Source of the DNA: Octopus sinensis
Lineage: Eukaryota
Length of the DNA: 64,000 nucleotides
Reading direction: 5' to 3'
Assembly: GCF_006345805.1 (NCBI RefSeq)
Contig: NC_042998.1
Location: forward strand, 77,562,001-77,626,000
The notes under the pieces were generated by a model. It did not search any database. It worked only from the letters and a program-made list of their open reading frames with translations, and was not told the origin of the DNA. Position 1 is the first letter of the stretch. Each line of letters opens with the position of its first letter. The position numbers were made by a program, and so were the translations under genes. Positions 50,451-64,000 of this stretch are shown in pieces.

Positions 50451-52177
50451 CTCTAACTAACTCATAGAGAGCAGTGAAAGCCAGGTGAGAACAAGGGGTA
50501 TAGGAATAAAGAATAGTCCTTCAAGACATGTTTTTACCGCCCGGAAGGGTGAAATTAAAGGGTTGAACTCTGAATGCAAAAGAGTACGATTAAATGACGT
50601 GTACTTCTACGGGTTTTCCTCAGCTTTCTGCATCTATTTGCTATAGATCTACTTATGAGATCTAACATTAGCATGAAACGAACAAATTTAGAGGACGTGT
50701 AAATGATGTAGTGCAATCAATTTGAAGAGCAACTTAACATGTCTAATACTAAGGGATATAAGCACAGAAATTAAATTAATGTAATTTTATACCAGAACAC
50801 ATGCAATCTACTGCATTTTCAATACTGCCACTTTCCTTACAGTTAATCCATTTTAGCTTTCACATAAGTCTGCGTATGTTGGAGGGATGGCGTCATCAGT
50901 TAAATTGTCTTAGGTACCTGATTGGCACAAGTTTACTCAATAACGGGAAGATATCAGGTCACGTCAACTTGGGCAAAGACACAGTAAAAGCGATAAAGTT
51001 ACGCAAATTTATTTTACCGATATTTTACTGTTTCTGTCATCGAATGCCCTCAGCAGCATTCAAAATCAAAACAAATTAGGCGTAACTAAATACCTGTGTT
51101 ATTTTGTTCTCTACTCTGATGATTTTGCCAATCTACCACACTAAGATATTATTGAGAATAATAGCAATCATTATTAACATCATTTTTCAGAATGGCGCAT
51201 GACAACAAATCACTAGAATGGGCACGGTGGGTTCAGTTGACTCGAATCTATGAGGAGTACACTGACAAAATCCTTCTCGGTAAATTTTTAACTGAGCATG
51301 AGAAAGAAAGTAATTATATACAGAAATATCTTCCTTTCCTGCCATATACTCGTATATGACGCTTATCTCCACCAAGTGACAACAGCTGTAAATGAGCTGA
51401 GTTTATGACAAATCTTGTCTGTAACGCACTTTGTTTTCCAGTTTAAAACAATTCCTATTATCTGCACTGAAAATGCATTGGGAGAAAATCCATAACATCC
51501 TAGTATCTCATATACCATCATAGTATAATGCAAAGTATATATGGAGAACGACTACTATATTGCATTTTTTCCTCAGCACTTGAATACAGATTGACCGACT
51601 CTGTATTTCATGACATCGAAGTCGGGTGGAATAAAAACCAGATATTTTCTAAGAACAATTCAAAAACACCCACAACTTTGTAGTACCAGTGTAAGATCTA
51701 AATAAATCTATGCAGTGAAAATACTTTTCTCTAAGTCTCAAGCTGCGTACTAAATGGATTACAATTAGATACTTTGCACATTTAACAGAGTTTATAATAG
51801 AAAGCAATTATTACATTCGTAATTTCCGTAGGTGCTATAAAATGAGGTTACAAATCACACCTGCAAACTAATTTTGATTCCTAATCCATATGATTTTTAA
51901 TGTTACTCATATTACTAATAATGCATCTAATCCTGTGTAGGAACATCAGAATTTTGTTTCTAAAAAAATCGACACTCTTAATACTTAATGCTCAATATCG
52001 AAGTGAAAATTATCTATAATAACCGACAGTCTAAATTTCCGTTCATGTAATACGAATTAGACGTTCTCGTTTAGTTTATTTTTCTTATCTTATTTGTTTT
52101 GTTCTTCTATATTTTTAATCCTATATCCCCGTCTAACCTTCTTTTTTTTTTCTCACATGTTCCGTGCCACAAACAGT

Positions 52178-52544
52178 GGATATGGAAGCACTCCGTCGGT
52201 TACGACGACGAGGGTTCCGGTTGATCCGATCAACGGAACAGCCTGCTCGTGAAATTAACGTGTAAGTGGCTGAGCACTCCACAGACGCGTGTACCCTTAA
52301 CGTAGTTCTCGGAGATATTCAGCGTGACACAGAGAGTGACAAGGCCGGCCCTTTGAAATACAGGTACAACAGAAACAGGAAGTAAGAGTGAGAGAAAGTT
52401 GTGGTGAAAGAGTACAGCAGGGATCACCACCAGCTTTAGGTGTATTCGCTCAATAAACACTCACAACGCCCGGTCTGGGAATCGAAACCGCGATCCTACG
52501 ACCACGAGTCCGCTGCCCTAACCACTGGGCCATTGCGCCTCCAC
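52178..52544 (-). mobile_element. Young tRNA-derived SINE with 12-bp TSD
   Basis: Minus strand TGGCCCAGTGGTTAGG A box, GGTTTCGATTCCC B box; TSD GCCACAAACAGT at 52166-52177 and 52545-52556. Confidence 0.92.
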
Positions 52545-54088
52545 GCCACAAACAGTAATAAGTGCTACTAAACAATTTAGTACAATTCACCCAGTTTCAA
52601 CCAAATTTTTGCACTCTGCCATCTTTCACGAATCAATGAAACAATTTAACATTTATAAATACCAAGCAACTGTCGGAAAAAAATGTAACTAATTTCCTAC
52701 CAATGAATGTTATAAAGCGTTTAATCAGTATCGTTATTTGTAATATTTATTCTATAATACCTTCTACCTCTCTAACGTTGCGTTCATTCCTCACTCACAA
52801 TTTCTCTAATTCTCTTATATAGATCTCACGAACACTCCTCTCCCTCTCTCTCCCCGCCCTTCTCCCACCAATTTTTTCATTTTCCTATGTATTATAAATT
52901 TCAAAAAAATGCTATCGCGATGACACTGGAACTCTTACGTAAAAGCATTATACAATTGAGAAATATCTGAGTTGTTAATTTTCTTTCTTTTTTTTTCTTG
53001 CTCAATCCTGATCTTCAGTACTGATTAATTAAATAGCAAGTGCAACAGTATGTACTGACCGAGGTGATTTAAAATCATTTAATTACAAATCTGTTTAATT
53101 AAAATCTTCCAAAAGCCTCTGAACAGTATAAAATTTAAAACAAATTTTCATTTTCCTGCAAATGTTACGGTTTGCGCAAGTAAAACGACACCATTTTTTC
53201 AAGAACGACAGTGATGTGCAGTAACTTGATCGTAAGCTAAGTTCTAATACGATCGTTTTAATTTCAAATTCCATTGAGTTTTATTCTTACCTTTTGGGAA
53301 CGGCTGCATTATTTAATCTGTTATGCAACTTCAGATGTTGCTGATTTGTCACATCGTAAGAAATCACACATTCAAAGAAATACTTTAAGCAGAGACCTCG
53401 GAAATGAAAATATATCTTCATGATCCAGTTTTAATTTCCAGCTAGACCATGATCCAGTTTTAATTTCCTGTCAGTTGCAAAGCTTTTCATTTATAACACT
53501 ATTCACCATTACACACTTATAGAAGTGAAATATTTTCATTTGTTTTCTGAGAAACAACATTCCTGCTACATTCCCAGCGAAGGAAAAATCCATACACTCG
53601 ACAATGTAGAAATGCACTCAAATTTCCCTCAAAATACATAACAATGTATTTGATATATTCGATAAAGTGTTTCTGGATTCCATTTATCCTATAAAAAAGA
53701 ATGTGTGGTCATGTGTGGAATGCCTTGAAGAAATATAGGATCAATCAGAGCTGACTGGAGGTTAAATCAAAGCATTGTAGTTTCAGCAAGTTAATTGCAG
53801 CTAGTGTATTCATGGCTCTAAGTACAGATTAAAGAGATAACCTCCTGTTGTCTTACTCACCTACTTGGGTCAAATTGATGATGCATCCAGAGAATTTCAT
53901 GGACATTAAAAAGGCTTACTTGCTATCGTAAATACTTCGGATTTCTTTTGTCTTATTCATTTTTAGAATCCATTTAAAGTTATGTCTTTTGAAATTTTTT
54001 GTTACTCCCTTCCTGCTTTACTCGCAGCAATTTATTTAAACGAAAAAATGACAAAATAATAAAAAATGACAGAGAATACTGGAATTAT

Positions 54089-55405
54089 TTAATATTTAGT
54101 GTGAAGCACTTTAGCTTCAATCACACTTTGACTGTATAAGGAAATTAAATTTTCAATTTTTTGCTAGGTGATCTTATTCCATTCTTCCTGAAGGGCATTC
54201 CATAATTGCTCGGTTGTTTTAGGATTTCTGGCTTTCGAACGTTATCCTAGAATATTCCACACATTTTCAATAGGATTGAGATCCTTTTCAGCCCTGAGGA
54301 AGTTCATGACCACCTTAGCCTTGTGACATGGGGCATTGTCCTGCATGAATATGGGTGGTCGCTTAGTTGAATTTTTCAGCACAGGCAAGACATGATCTTT
54401 TACATGTTGTTTATAAACTCCTGCATTTAACTTTCCATGTAATCGCACCAAAGAGCCCACACCATCTCCAGATATCATCCCCCAAACCATGACACTTCCT
54501 CCACCGAATTTAACACTAGTCTTAAGGCATTTAGGCGACAATGTTTCACCTACTTTTCAACGAACGTACCTTTCCCATCTGAGCCAAATAACATAGACTT
54601 AGATTCATCACTGAAATGCACCAATTGCCATTTTTCTTGAGACCACAACTGATGTTCGGTTGCAAAGATAAGACGACAGTTTTTATTTTTGGAGCTGATC
54701 AGTGGCTTCACTGGAGGTGATCTTGCTTGTAGGTTATGTTCAACTAAACGATGAGACACAGTTTTTCGAGATAACGTTTTTTTTCAGTACAATGCTCATT
54801 TCCCAAGAAATAGCAGCAGCAGTTTTAAATCTGTCCTTTTTAACCAACTTTACCATAGCACAATCTTCTCTCTTGGTCGTTTTTCTTAGTCTACCTGTAG
54901 AATTTCTTGCTTCACACGAACCACAATCATCGAAGACCTTAAGAATACCGTGAACAACACTTTTTGACTTGTTAACAATCTTTGCAATAGACCCAATACT
55001 TAAATTATCCTTCTTTCGAAGCTTAATAATCTGCTGACGAATTGGTAACGGAGTAAGTGGCATTATATTAACAAAGTACACTGCAGATATTCTTACTAAT
55101 GTTTAGTAAACGAACTATCACGTAAACAAATTTAAAACATTAGAGTTCGCCGGTTAAATATACTAAAACACGGAGTAAAAGCAACCGTTCTGATCATTTT
55201 GGCCGCCATGGGTTTGGCAGTAAATCCCTAAATCATCCATAACTTTTGTATTATCCTCTCAAATTACACCAAAATCTCAGGCAATAACAAATAATATTGT
55301 AATTATTGTCTGTGAAAATTATAGAATATAAAACAACTTTGATATAAACTTATACCTACTTTTCTGGCGAAAACAATGCCGTTCTTAACATTTTAGCCGC
55401 AACCG
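54089..55405 (-). mobile_element. Tc1 transposon (IR/DR type), transposase disrupted, one TIR visible
   Basis: ATG at 55063, FSDESK, VKFGGGSVMVWG, FMQDNAPCH, DLNPIENVW, SVIEAKVLHTKY*; end CGGTTGCGGCTAAAATG next to TA with an inner repeat near 55185-55208. Confidence 0.92.
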
Positions 55406-55429
55406 TATAAATGGATTTTATGTAGACAC

Positions 55430-55640
<211 letters not shown>

Positions 55641-57761
55641 TTATTGAAGGGGAGGCGTAAAGCGATAGTTTGATAGGTAAAAACCATACCAGTGAAGCGG
55701 ATGATGCATTTTATAATCACCGGACTGTCATGTGGCGCTTATGTTCTGTATGTTAAATGCATTTTTCATTATCTACACGCCACACTTTAGGCAACGCTAT
55801 AAGTTTTAAGGAACAGAATTGACAGAAACTATGGTAATTTTTCATCTAGGTCTCTTTTGATTGTAAAACACGATCCGTTGGAACCGAAATTACATGGAAT
55901 GCCACTATACACAACATACGTATATCAGGGTATTTCTCCTGACAAAAGAATTTAACTCAAAACAACATGCGCGCGAATCACTAATTTTACAATGCATAAT
56001 GTACCCAACGCCTTGCACTAGCTGCTTACTATTCTGCCATTGAGAATTATTGGCATCAATGGCGGAGAGGAAGGATTGAAGTAAAAGTATGCGAACCACC
56101 GACTTCCAGATTGCTTGTGTATTACTCTTCATTAGCAGCACGGTCACTTATAAAAAGGAGCGCCATGAATTGAATTATTTCGTTCTACTATTTTAATTAA
56201 TAATTGTGTGGTATTTCATTTGTTACCTCTGCACTCTATAAACACACCTTCGTCACTTTCTCCATCACTAATTCATTGCCCAATCCTCGTATGCACTCCA
56301 CAGATTTAGTGCACTAGAAAAGTACACGATTTGCACTTACTTCATTATTTATCAGCGTTTGCTTTGTTTCCGTATTAGATAAATCAGCTTGCACTAGAAA
56401 TTATTTGATATTTGATAATTCGCATTGATTATTCATATCTAATCAGTGGACAAAATACTTTTAAAGGCAGTCAATTGGTCCATAGATATTTTTCTGGCGT
56501 AACTAATCAGTTTATTATTCCTTGGTCAAATACTCAACCAGCATATCTATCATTCTGTCTCTCAATGTATGTATGTATTTATGTATGTATGAGTGTATCT
56601 GTCTGTCTGTCTATCCTTTATCCTTAACGGCATAGATGTATAAAGAAAGATATTCATAAATATTTGTGCCTTTGAAAATTTGTGAATAAGAACAATTGTT
56701 AATTTATTACCAACTTCAAGAATTGACTATATTTTGAATATGTTGATACGGGACTGGAAAACTAATTGAAGATGACTACTGAGAATTTCTCCAGAAGTGT
56801 CGAAGTTTGTATCTTGTTACTTGAACTGAATGTAGTCATGGGTAAGACACTTAATACATAAACAATGAGTTGGATTACTCAGCTGTGACAAATTCCTTCA
56901 AGGTGGAGCGTCACACCACAGTTAACAATACATTAGCTTCTGTAAATATTGTCAGCTCCTTTGTTAGGTTACTGTCATGAAATTGCTCTGGATGACATAA
57001 CCAAGTCTTGACTATAATTAAGGATTAATAAATACAGAAACGCAACACTACATCGTGCACTATCACATCACAATTATAGTGAGAAAGGACAGCACAGGAC
57101 AGTAAGTAAAGGAAATACAGAAGCCAGACTTCCAAATGGTGGTCATGAGTAGGAGTGCAGGTGAATTTGAAGGAACTGCTCTTATTTCCAATAGATATTA
57201 CAGCATGAAAACAACACCCTTAAATTGTGGAGTTTTATTACATGATAAGAAACGTCTTGATTCTGGAGTTGATAGTGTCTTGAGAATGTGAGATGAAGTA
57301 TATTGTAAGCATACTGAAATTTTTCAAATCTGTAGACCGGTAGTAGTCATAGTTTCAATACAGGTGGGATACCGTGGATGTGTAGCTAGATCAACAACTG
57401 TCGTACAAACTTTTATCTCCAACTAAGAAAGCAGGGTACTTCTCAAACTAGAGTGGGTAACAGCAGGTTTTTTTATCACAGGTATGGCAGAGGCATATTC
57501 GAAAAAGGGCGTAAAACTAAATCCTTAGCAATCTGCATAGTTGCAGCATTGCTAAATATTTACTGATTGATTCACATGATTCGATGTAGTAGCTGCGCGA
57601 ATAAAAGAGGTAAAGTAAGAGTGCTGTACTATAAGCCAGAACAACCCTGATGTTTAGTACTGCTGGCACCTTTAAAAACAGGAATGCTGTCAGAAACTGG
57701 TGTGCTTGTTGTGATAATCAGTCATTGGCTGAGGGTGGAAGGAAAACAGGTGTGGTAAAAT

Positions 57762-57828
<67 letters not shown>

Positions 57829-58395
57829 AAAGATGTTATCTGATCTAGAATTTTCTGACGACAAGAGGTGATTAAAAGGAGAACAACTGAAAAAGCAACG
57901 GATATCGGATAGCTTAATATGACTTGATGTCATTGATGTTCTGATTCTTAAGTGTTCCAAAACGGAAATAATGAATATAAATGACACAAATCCAGATTGT
58001 AGTGAAATATGCATAAAAATAACGGCCTCACACATACGCACACACGCTATCACAAACACACACATGCTGCCATACACACACAGACACACACTTACACATA
58101 CACATAGATATCAACCATTCATCACACTCTCCTGTCCCAGAGAGCACTTTCTCTTTGTCCATCTGCTTCCGGTAATTTCAAAAATAAAACTACACGTGGA
58201 CTGTTGTTGACTTTTTTCCTCCTTCTTTCTTTTCTTTTGGACTTTCCTGTTCTCGAAGAAGAACAATGCTCGAAACGTATATCAGCCACGGTTTCTTTCC
58301 TTCTCTGAGCATCTCATTAATACTTTGCATCTACTAGATCCTCGCGTCGTTGTTTATTTCTTCTAGTCTTTTTTCTCCGTCTTTTAAAATTAATT

Positions 58396-58484
<89 letters not shown>

Positions 58485-59387
58485 TGTGTGTGTGTGTAGA
58501 TATGTAGATATAGATAGATATGTTTAGGAATTAAATATATGTATAAAAGGCACGGATATAAACAACATAGAAAGCGAACCCATATACTCATACAGTAACT
58601 TCACAAACGTCCACAACAACATCGACAACGCGACCAAAAGCAATGACCAAAGCGACAACGGCAACAACAACTACCACGATGATAGCAGGGTGGGTGAACA
58701 CACAAACACAGATGGATACAGGAACGGTACCAAAAGTCAAGGTCAAGGGCAGCAGCAGTGGCAACGCGGGCGAGCACGGAGGTGAGGGGAGGGTCATCGT
58801 GCTACTAAGAACAACGAAGATAATGATGACAACAATATAAGCCCATAACACATACATAAGCACACATGCGAAAAACATAGACATGCATACGCACACGCAC
58901 GTACACACACATGTAAACAAACATACTCTCTCTCTCACACAAATACAAACTCAAACGTATGCGCATGTAAGGATACACATGATAGAAGAACAGAATGGAC
59001 TTAGCGAAGCAGGAGGATACATTAGCAGGGAAAGTGTCGCTGAAGAGGTGACATATGTATGACGAAAGATTTCCTGATAATGGACATGAGTTAGAATGAG
59101 AACAGTAATAAACGAGTAAAGAACGAATATACAGAGCCTGTGTTATTTCTTTTCTATACTCTTCTCTGGCCTTATGACACCTCATTTATATTCAGTACTA
59201 TATATTGCACCTCAGTCCAAGGTAAGACGGTGCTATTTCAATTTTTGATTTGAAGAATTACTAGTAGTAAATATTTTACAATTTTACAACATGTGTACCT
59301 ATGTAAATCCTATCGATACCGAATCATATTTAATTCTGATTAAATAAAAAACATTAAAAAACAGCTTCGGTTTTCTACTTGAGTATA

Positions 59388-60249
59388 CGAGGTCTGATCA
59401 GTAAGCATCCCCACTGTTGCTATAGTAACGAACCTAAAACACGAAGTGTAAAACCGCTTGGAACAGATTGACCTTGAACTCTGCTGTGCAGGCGCTCTAA
59501 GTTTTAACGTTGTAGCTCTTTTCCGCAGTGCTTGGAAGGAAGATATGTAGCGTACTTATCGTCGCATTGACCATGACAGAGAAAGTTAAGCAGAGAATCT
59601 GTATCGAATTTTGCCAAATGTTTGGTGATATCTGCTGGAAGCCCTACGCAACGTTTTCAAAATGTTTTCATTTTTATGGACGCAATCAAGGAGGTCTTGT
59701 GCTACTGAAACCCGAGAGTCTTTTGGTCAGTTGGAAGCATTTTAGTCACAAATGTGGCAGACATGCGTCTTATACACAAATCTTCAGTGATAATGGACTG
59801 AACTGAACCGTAACTAATCTGCAAATCCTCTGATAGCTAACGAATGGTGCTTCGACGTTTTCTCCTCACAGCTGCGATGTTTTTCTCTGCTCGTTGCGGG
59901 TCTCCCAGACGTTCGTCAATATCGACATTTTTTCGGTGATCGTGGAAAGTTGTGAACCACTGGTACACTTGTGTGAGGCTCATACATTCCTGTTCATACA
60001 ACCTTCGGTAGGCTTCTGAGCAGGTATCACCATGACAAGTTTTTCTATCATGGTCAATCCGACGTTCGCACGCTACACACCTTCCTTCTACTCACTGGTG
60101 TAAATAGTGAAAGTATGCTAGAACGTTAAAATTTAGTGCTCAAGCAGAGTAGAGTTAACGGTCAATCTTTGCCGAGCGGCCTCGCTTTGTTTGCTCTAGC
60201 TTCGTTACTATAGCAACAGTCTTGACGGATAATTATTGATCAGACCTCG
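59388..60249. mobile_element. Mariner derivative built from two inverted left ends
   Basis: TIR CGAGGTCTGATCA at both ends with TA flanks; MTEKVKQRICIEFCQ on plus and SLTQVYQWF..STIR*LSEDLQISYGSVQSIITEDL..SATFVTKML on minus. Confidence 0.85.
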
Positions 60250-60344
60250 TATAATTACTCTGCGATTTCCACTAATTCACAGTATCTCTCTGTCTCTCTC
60301 TCTCTCCACACACACACATATATATATATCCTATGGCTGCGGAA

Positions 60345-60730
60345 CTATTCTGGAGAGAAACGCCATCTTTCAGGGTGATAATGCACCAATTCACACAGCA
60401 AAGTTGTTATTGGATGGCACGAGGAACATTCTAGTAAAGGTGAACATCTTATCTGGTCACTAAAGTCCCCAGATCTCAATATTATTGAACATTTATGATG
60501 CATTTTAGGAAAAACAAGTAAAGAGACGATATCCTCCACCATCATCACTACAAGAACTGGAGACTGCTTTAGCTGAAGAATGGACAAAAATTCCTTTGGA
60601 ATTTCCAATGGAAACGAGTCCATATCTTGTAGAATTCGAGCTGTAATTAATGCCAAAGACGGTCCTACGCCATATCAAAATAAATTTGTTTGAAATTTTA
60701 AGGTGTTTCCATTATTTTATCCAATCCCTA
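60345..60730 (+). mobile_element. Tc1 3' fragment with TIR
   Basis: IFQGDNAPIHTAK, SPDLNIIEHL, RIRAVINAKDGPTPY; terminal ..TTTATCCAATCCCTATA. Confidence 0.85.
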
Positions 60731-60763
60731 TATACATACATACATACATACATACTTACATAC

Positions 60764-60849
<86 letters not shown>

Positions 60850-60851
<2 letters not shown>

Positions 60852-62223
60852 TCAATAAATGGTGGGGTTGTGTTGACCGCACGTGGAGAAATGATAAGCA
60901 AGGAAAAATTGTAAAAATGCAGAATGCTCGATTGAAAGAAAATTTTAATGAAATGAAAAAATGAAAAAATATATAAATATATATTTATTCAAACCGGTTT
61001 TCGTCATAGTTTGACTTATCAATAATAGTTAGGTGAAAAGGTTTTTTAAAAATGAGAAAGGGGAAAAAAAGTTGCATTGTTTTTTTGCAAAAGAATAATA
61101 GTAAATATGTATAAAAATTAAAAAATAAGTACTCCGATACATTGTGAGTTCGTTGTGTATCTTGAGTTTAATGATTGTTCACGAAAAAATTACCTTGAGG
61201 TATTAGGATCCAATGGGATTAAGGCCATGTGTTGTTTGGTTTAATTTAGGATGTTGGCAAAACAGGAAGTAGTAGTAATTGTGGTTCTTCAGTTCCTGTG
61301 TTGTGAATAAGGGGAGACAACTCTTTTGAGTTCTTCGATAAAGGCTGCTGATAAAACCCCAAATCATAAAATTGTCATTTTAGCTTCATTTGCATTATCT
61401 TTTTTATGTAATTGTTTGTTAATTTAACTTTCAGATTTTAACACTTTGTTTATATTATTTTCTAATTATATAAATTTGCATAGACAATTGCATTTCAGAT
61501 TGTTATATCATAAATAATAAAGATGATGGTAATAACAACAATAGTAAAAATGATATTTAAAGAATATAAGTTTTTGCTTGAAGTGATGAATCTATGGTAT
61601 CCTTATATACTTGTGTGAGTCCATCCATGAAGAATGAGGTAGAAAAGGGAAGTTTGATCAACGAGGAGTTTGTATATTAAGTTGTGTTTGGAATTTTTCA
61701 ATAAAGAGATTCTCCTTGTTAATTCTCTCCTGTGTGGTGATGCCGTCTTTACATTGGTAGAAGGGGAATATATAGAATTTGGGGTTTAAGTCTTTAGCGC
61801 ATGAGTCTATGTGGTCACTCAGTGGAATTTGTCGGTATTCCGGGAGATTTATTTGTTCTTTATGCACCGCTACTCGTTTACGTAACGGGAGACTCGTTTG
61901 TCCAACATAATCATGTTGGCAACCAGCGCATGTGAGAACGTAGATAAGGTTCTCGGAGGAACAGGAGAAGTTAGTCTTGATTTTAAACTTCGTACCTTCT
62001 TTGAAGGTAAATTCAGAACCTTGAAGTAGGAGGGGGCATGTCCCACAGTCTGGGCGTGCACATTTTTTTTACTGCTGGGGGTGGATGTGGTGTGTGAATT
62101 TTGGCATTTGTCAAGAGTTTTTTTAAAGATTTGTGTTATATATATTTATATATTTTTTCATTTTCTCATTTCATTAAAATTTTCTTTCAATCGAGCATTC
62201 TGCATTTTTACAATTTTTCCTTG

Positions 62224-62226
<3 letters not shown>
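60850..62226 (-). mobile_element. 5'-truncated Neptune-like PLE with inverted pseudo-LTR in (TA)n
   Basis: Inverted repeat 60898-60984/62138-62224; GIY-YIG ORF; degenerate hammerhead at 60986-61027. Confidence 0.9.
61658..62063 (-). CDS. Open GIY-YIG endonuclease domain of a PLE (no start codon, truncated)
   Basis: CARPDCGTC..FSCSSENLIYVLTCAGCQHDYVGQTSLPLRKRVAVH..LSDH..RINKENLFIEKFQTQLN, open without stops. Confidence 0.8.
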
Positions 62227-62262
<36 letters not shown>

Positions 62263-62684
62263 CTAGTTCGACGAGTCGTGTTCTGTCCTTACCTTCGAAA
62301 CACGCATGGAGCCGAACTAGGGACAGCTGATGAAGGGGAATTTTCCTTGTGTTGTTTGTCTTCTACTCTGTTTTCTCGTTGTTAAAAAAGGTCCGTCTCC
62401 ATGTTTGTTTTTACGTTTTCGTTTCTCGTTGAGTTCTACGTCTATTTGTGGTGTCCTGTACTACGTATATATATTTATATATATATGCATGTATATATAC
62501 ATGTAGGTACGTACATATATGTATGTATGTATGCATATATTTTATTTATGAAATTATTGCATGACTGAGCTCCCTCGCGTCGTTTCAATTCTCATTTTGT
62601 TCACGTTTTTTGACGTCCTGTACACATATATGCATGTATATATATACATATATATGTAGGCATGTACATATAAGTGTGTATATA

Positions 62685-62731
<47 letters not shown>

Positions 62732-63025
62732 GTGCCGCATATCGAATTATTTCAACGTTGTTTATCTCTGTTGTGTTTTTTTTTGTCTTTACCAGCGTCC
62801 CTTGATTAAATGTTTTCAGCTCAAAAAGACAACTGACAGTCTTGTTATGAGTTTGATGAATAGCGGAATAAATTATTATTTCCACCAGCAAGCCTTTGTG
62901 TTTTTGTTTTTATTATAAGAGTATTTATATATATATACATATATGTATGTATGTACCCAGGAGTAAACACATAAATGTGAAACAAGGTGGAAAAAAAAGT
63001 ACTCAAATACCAGTGGTAGAGTAAT

Positions 63026-63132
63026 ATGCTTTATTTAAAGCAGCAGAAATTCAGCAAAACCTGTTGCTTTGAGTAACGGGAAACTCAGAGTAACAGGTTT
63101 TGTTGAATTTTCTGCTGCTTTAAACAAAGTAT
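63026..63132. repeat. Fold-back hairpin with hammerhead 3' half
   Basis: TTTAAAGCAGCAGAAATTCAGCAAAACCTGTTGCTTTGAGT / ACTCAGAGTAACAGGTTTTGTTGAATTTTCTGCTGCTTTAAA; contains GAAA-CTCAGAG-TA. Confidence 0.8.
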
Positions 63133-63167
63133 ACATGTATGTATATATATATATGTATATATAATAA

Positions 63168-63261
<94 letters not shown>

Positions 63262-64000
63262 AACATGCGTAGTTTGATTATGCAGAGAAAATTTTGTTAG
63301 TCAAATATTAGGTGAGTAATACAAAGTGTTAATTATGTCAGTTGATGTGTCATGTTCAATTAATTTTAATTAGCAATTCAACTGATAATACTAATTTAGG
63401 TTTTGCAAGTTTTCGAAATATGAATATTTGAGAAATTGTTTTAAGCATTGCGGGAAAAGACATACTATTTACAAAGACATAAGTTTCTATTTATGAATAT
63501 ATTATTCTTCCTTTTCTGTGTACGTCCGAAGAAAACAAGAATATCATTGTAATGTCAAAATAAATATTAGCTGGAAAGCAAACGTCATGAGAAGAAAAGA
63601 AGAAGTATGTGCCAAATTCAACGTCGAAACCTTTTAGCTACTGGGAGTAATGCAAGAATGTGCAGGTGAATATACGCATATATCACCTGTGTGTATCAAA
63701 GTGTATTAATATGTAGGAGTAAAAAGATGAAGGGAACTTATATATTCAAAAATATATATGTGAATATTAGGTTTATCTTGACAGGTATTGTTTATAGCGT
63801 TCATATACGTGATGAGGGCAGGTTGAGCACTAACTTTTACTCGAAATTCAAACCAACTTTTGTAGGATGTGATGAATATGACTGATTTCAGCTGTACAAA
63901 AAACATATTTATTGCTTCCGCTTGTGTAAATCTCGATATTTCCCTGAGCTTAAATCTGGTATTTTAATTAGAAGCGTTTCTTAACTTTAACCACAAAAAT

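Noticed and set aside
53419-53468. 21-bp direct repeat CATGATCCAGTTTTAATTTCC
   Set aside because: Simple local duplication with no further structure
58588-58860. GC-richer low-complexity ORFs on both strands
   Set aside because: Decayed trinucleotide repeats with no domain evidence

Overview
AT-rich, microsatellite-dense eukaryotic DNA with no intact host protein-coding gene that I can support; it looks like intronic or intergenic sequence from a very repeat-rich animal genome. The repeat spectrum resembles Octopus or another coleoid cephalopod (inference). Most listed ORFs are microsatellite translations. The real content is mobile DNA: R4/Dong-clade RLE LINEs in (TAA)n tracts (one near full-length copy at ~40.2-44.1 kb and stacks of 3' ends), a Tx1/L1-like LINE, CR1 and RTE fragments, several Penelope-like element (PLE) pieces in (TA)n tracts, tRNA-derived SINEs, Tc1/mariner elements, MITEs and a Chapaev-like relic. 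The most notable structures are: (i) a series of fold-back hairpins derived from PLE pseudo-LTRs, one of which (3296-3622) carries a complete type I hammerhead ribozyme core on each strand; (ii) an orphan ~500-bp non-coding element found three times, always at (TAA)n; (iii) a tRNA-like sequence inserted with a PLE-style inverted duplication and a 14-bp target-site duplication. All assignments come from reading motifs by eye; no searches or folding were run.
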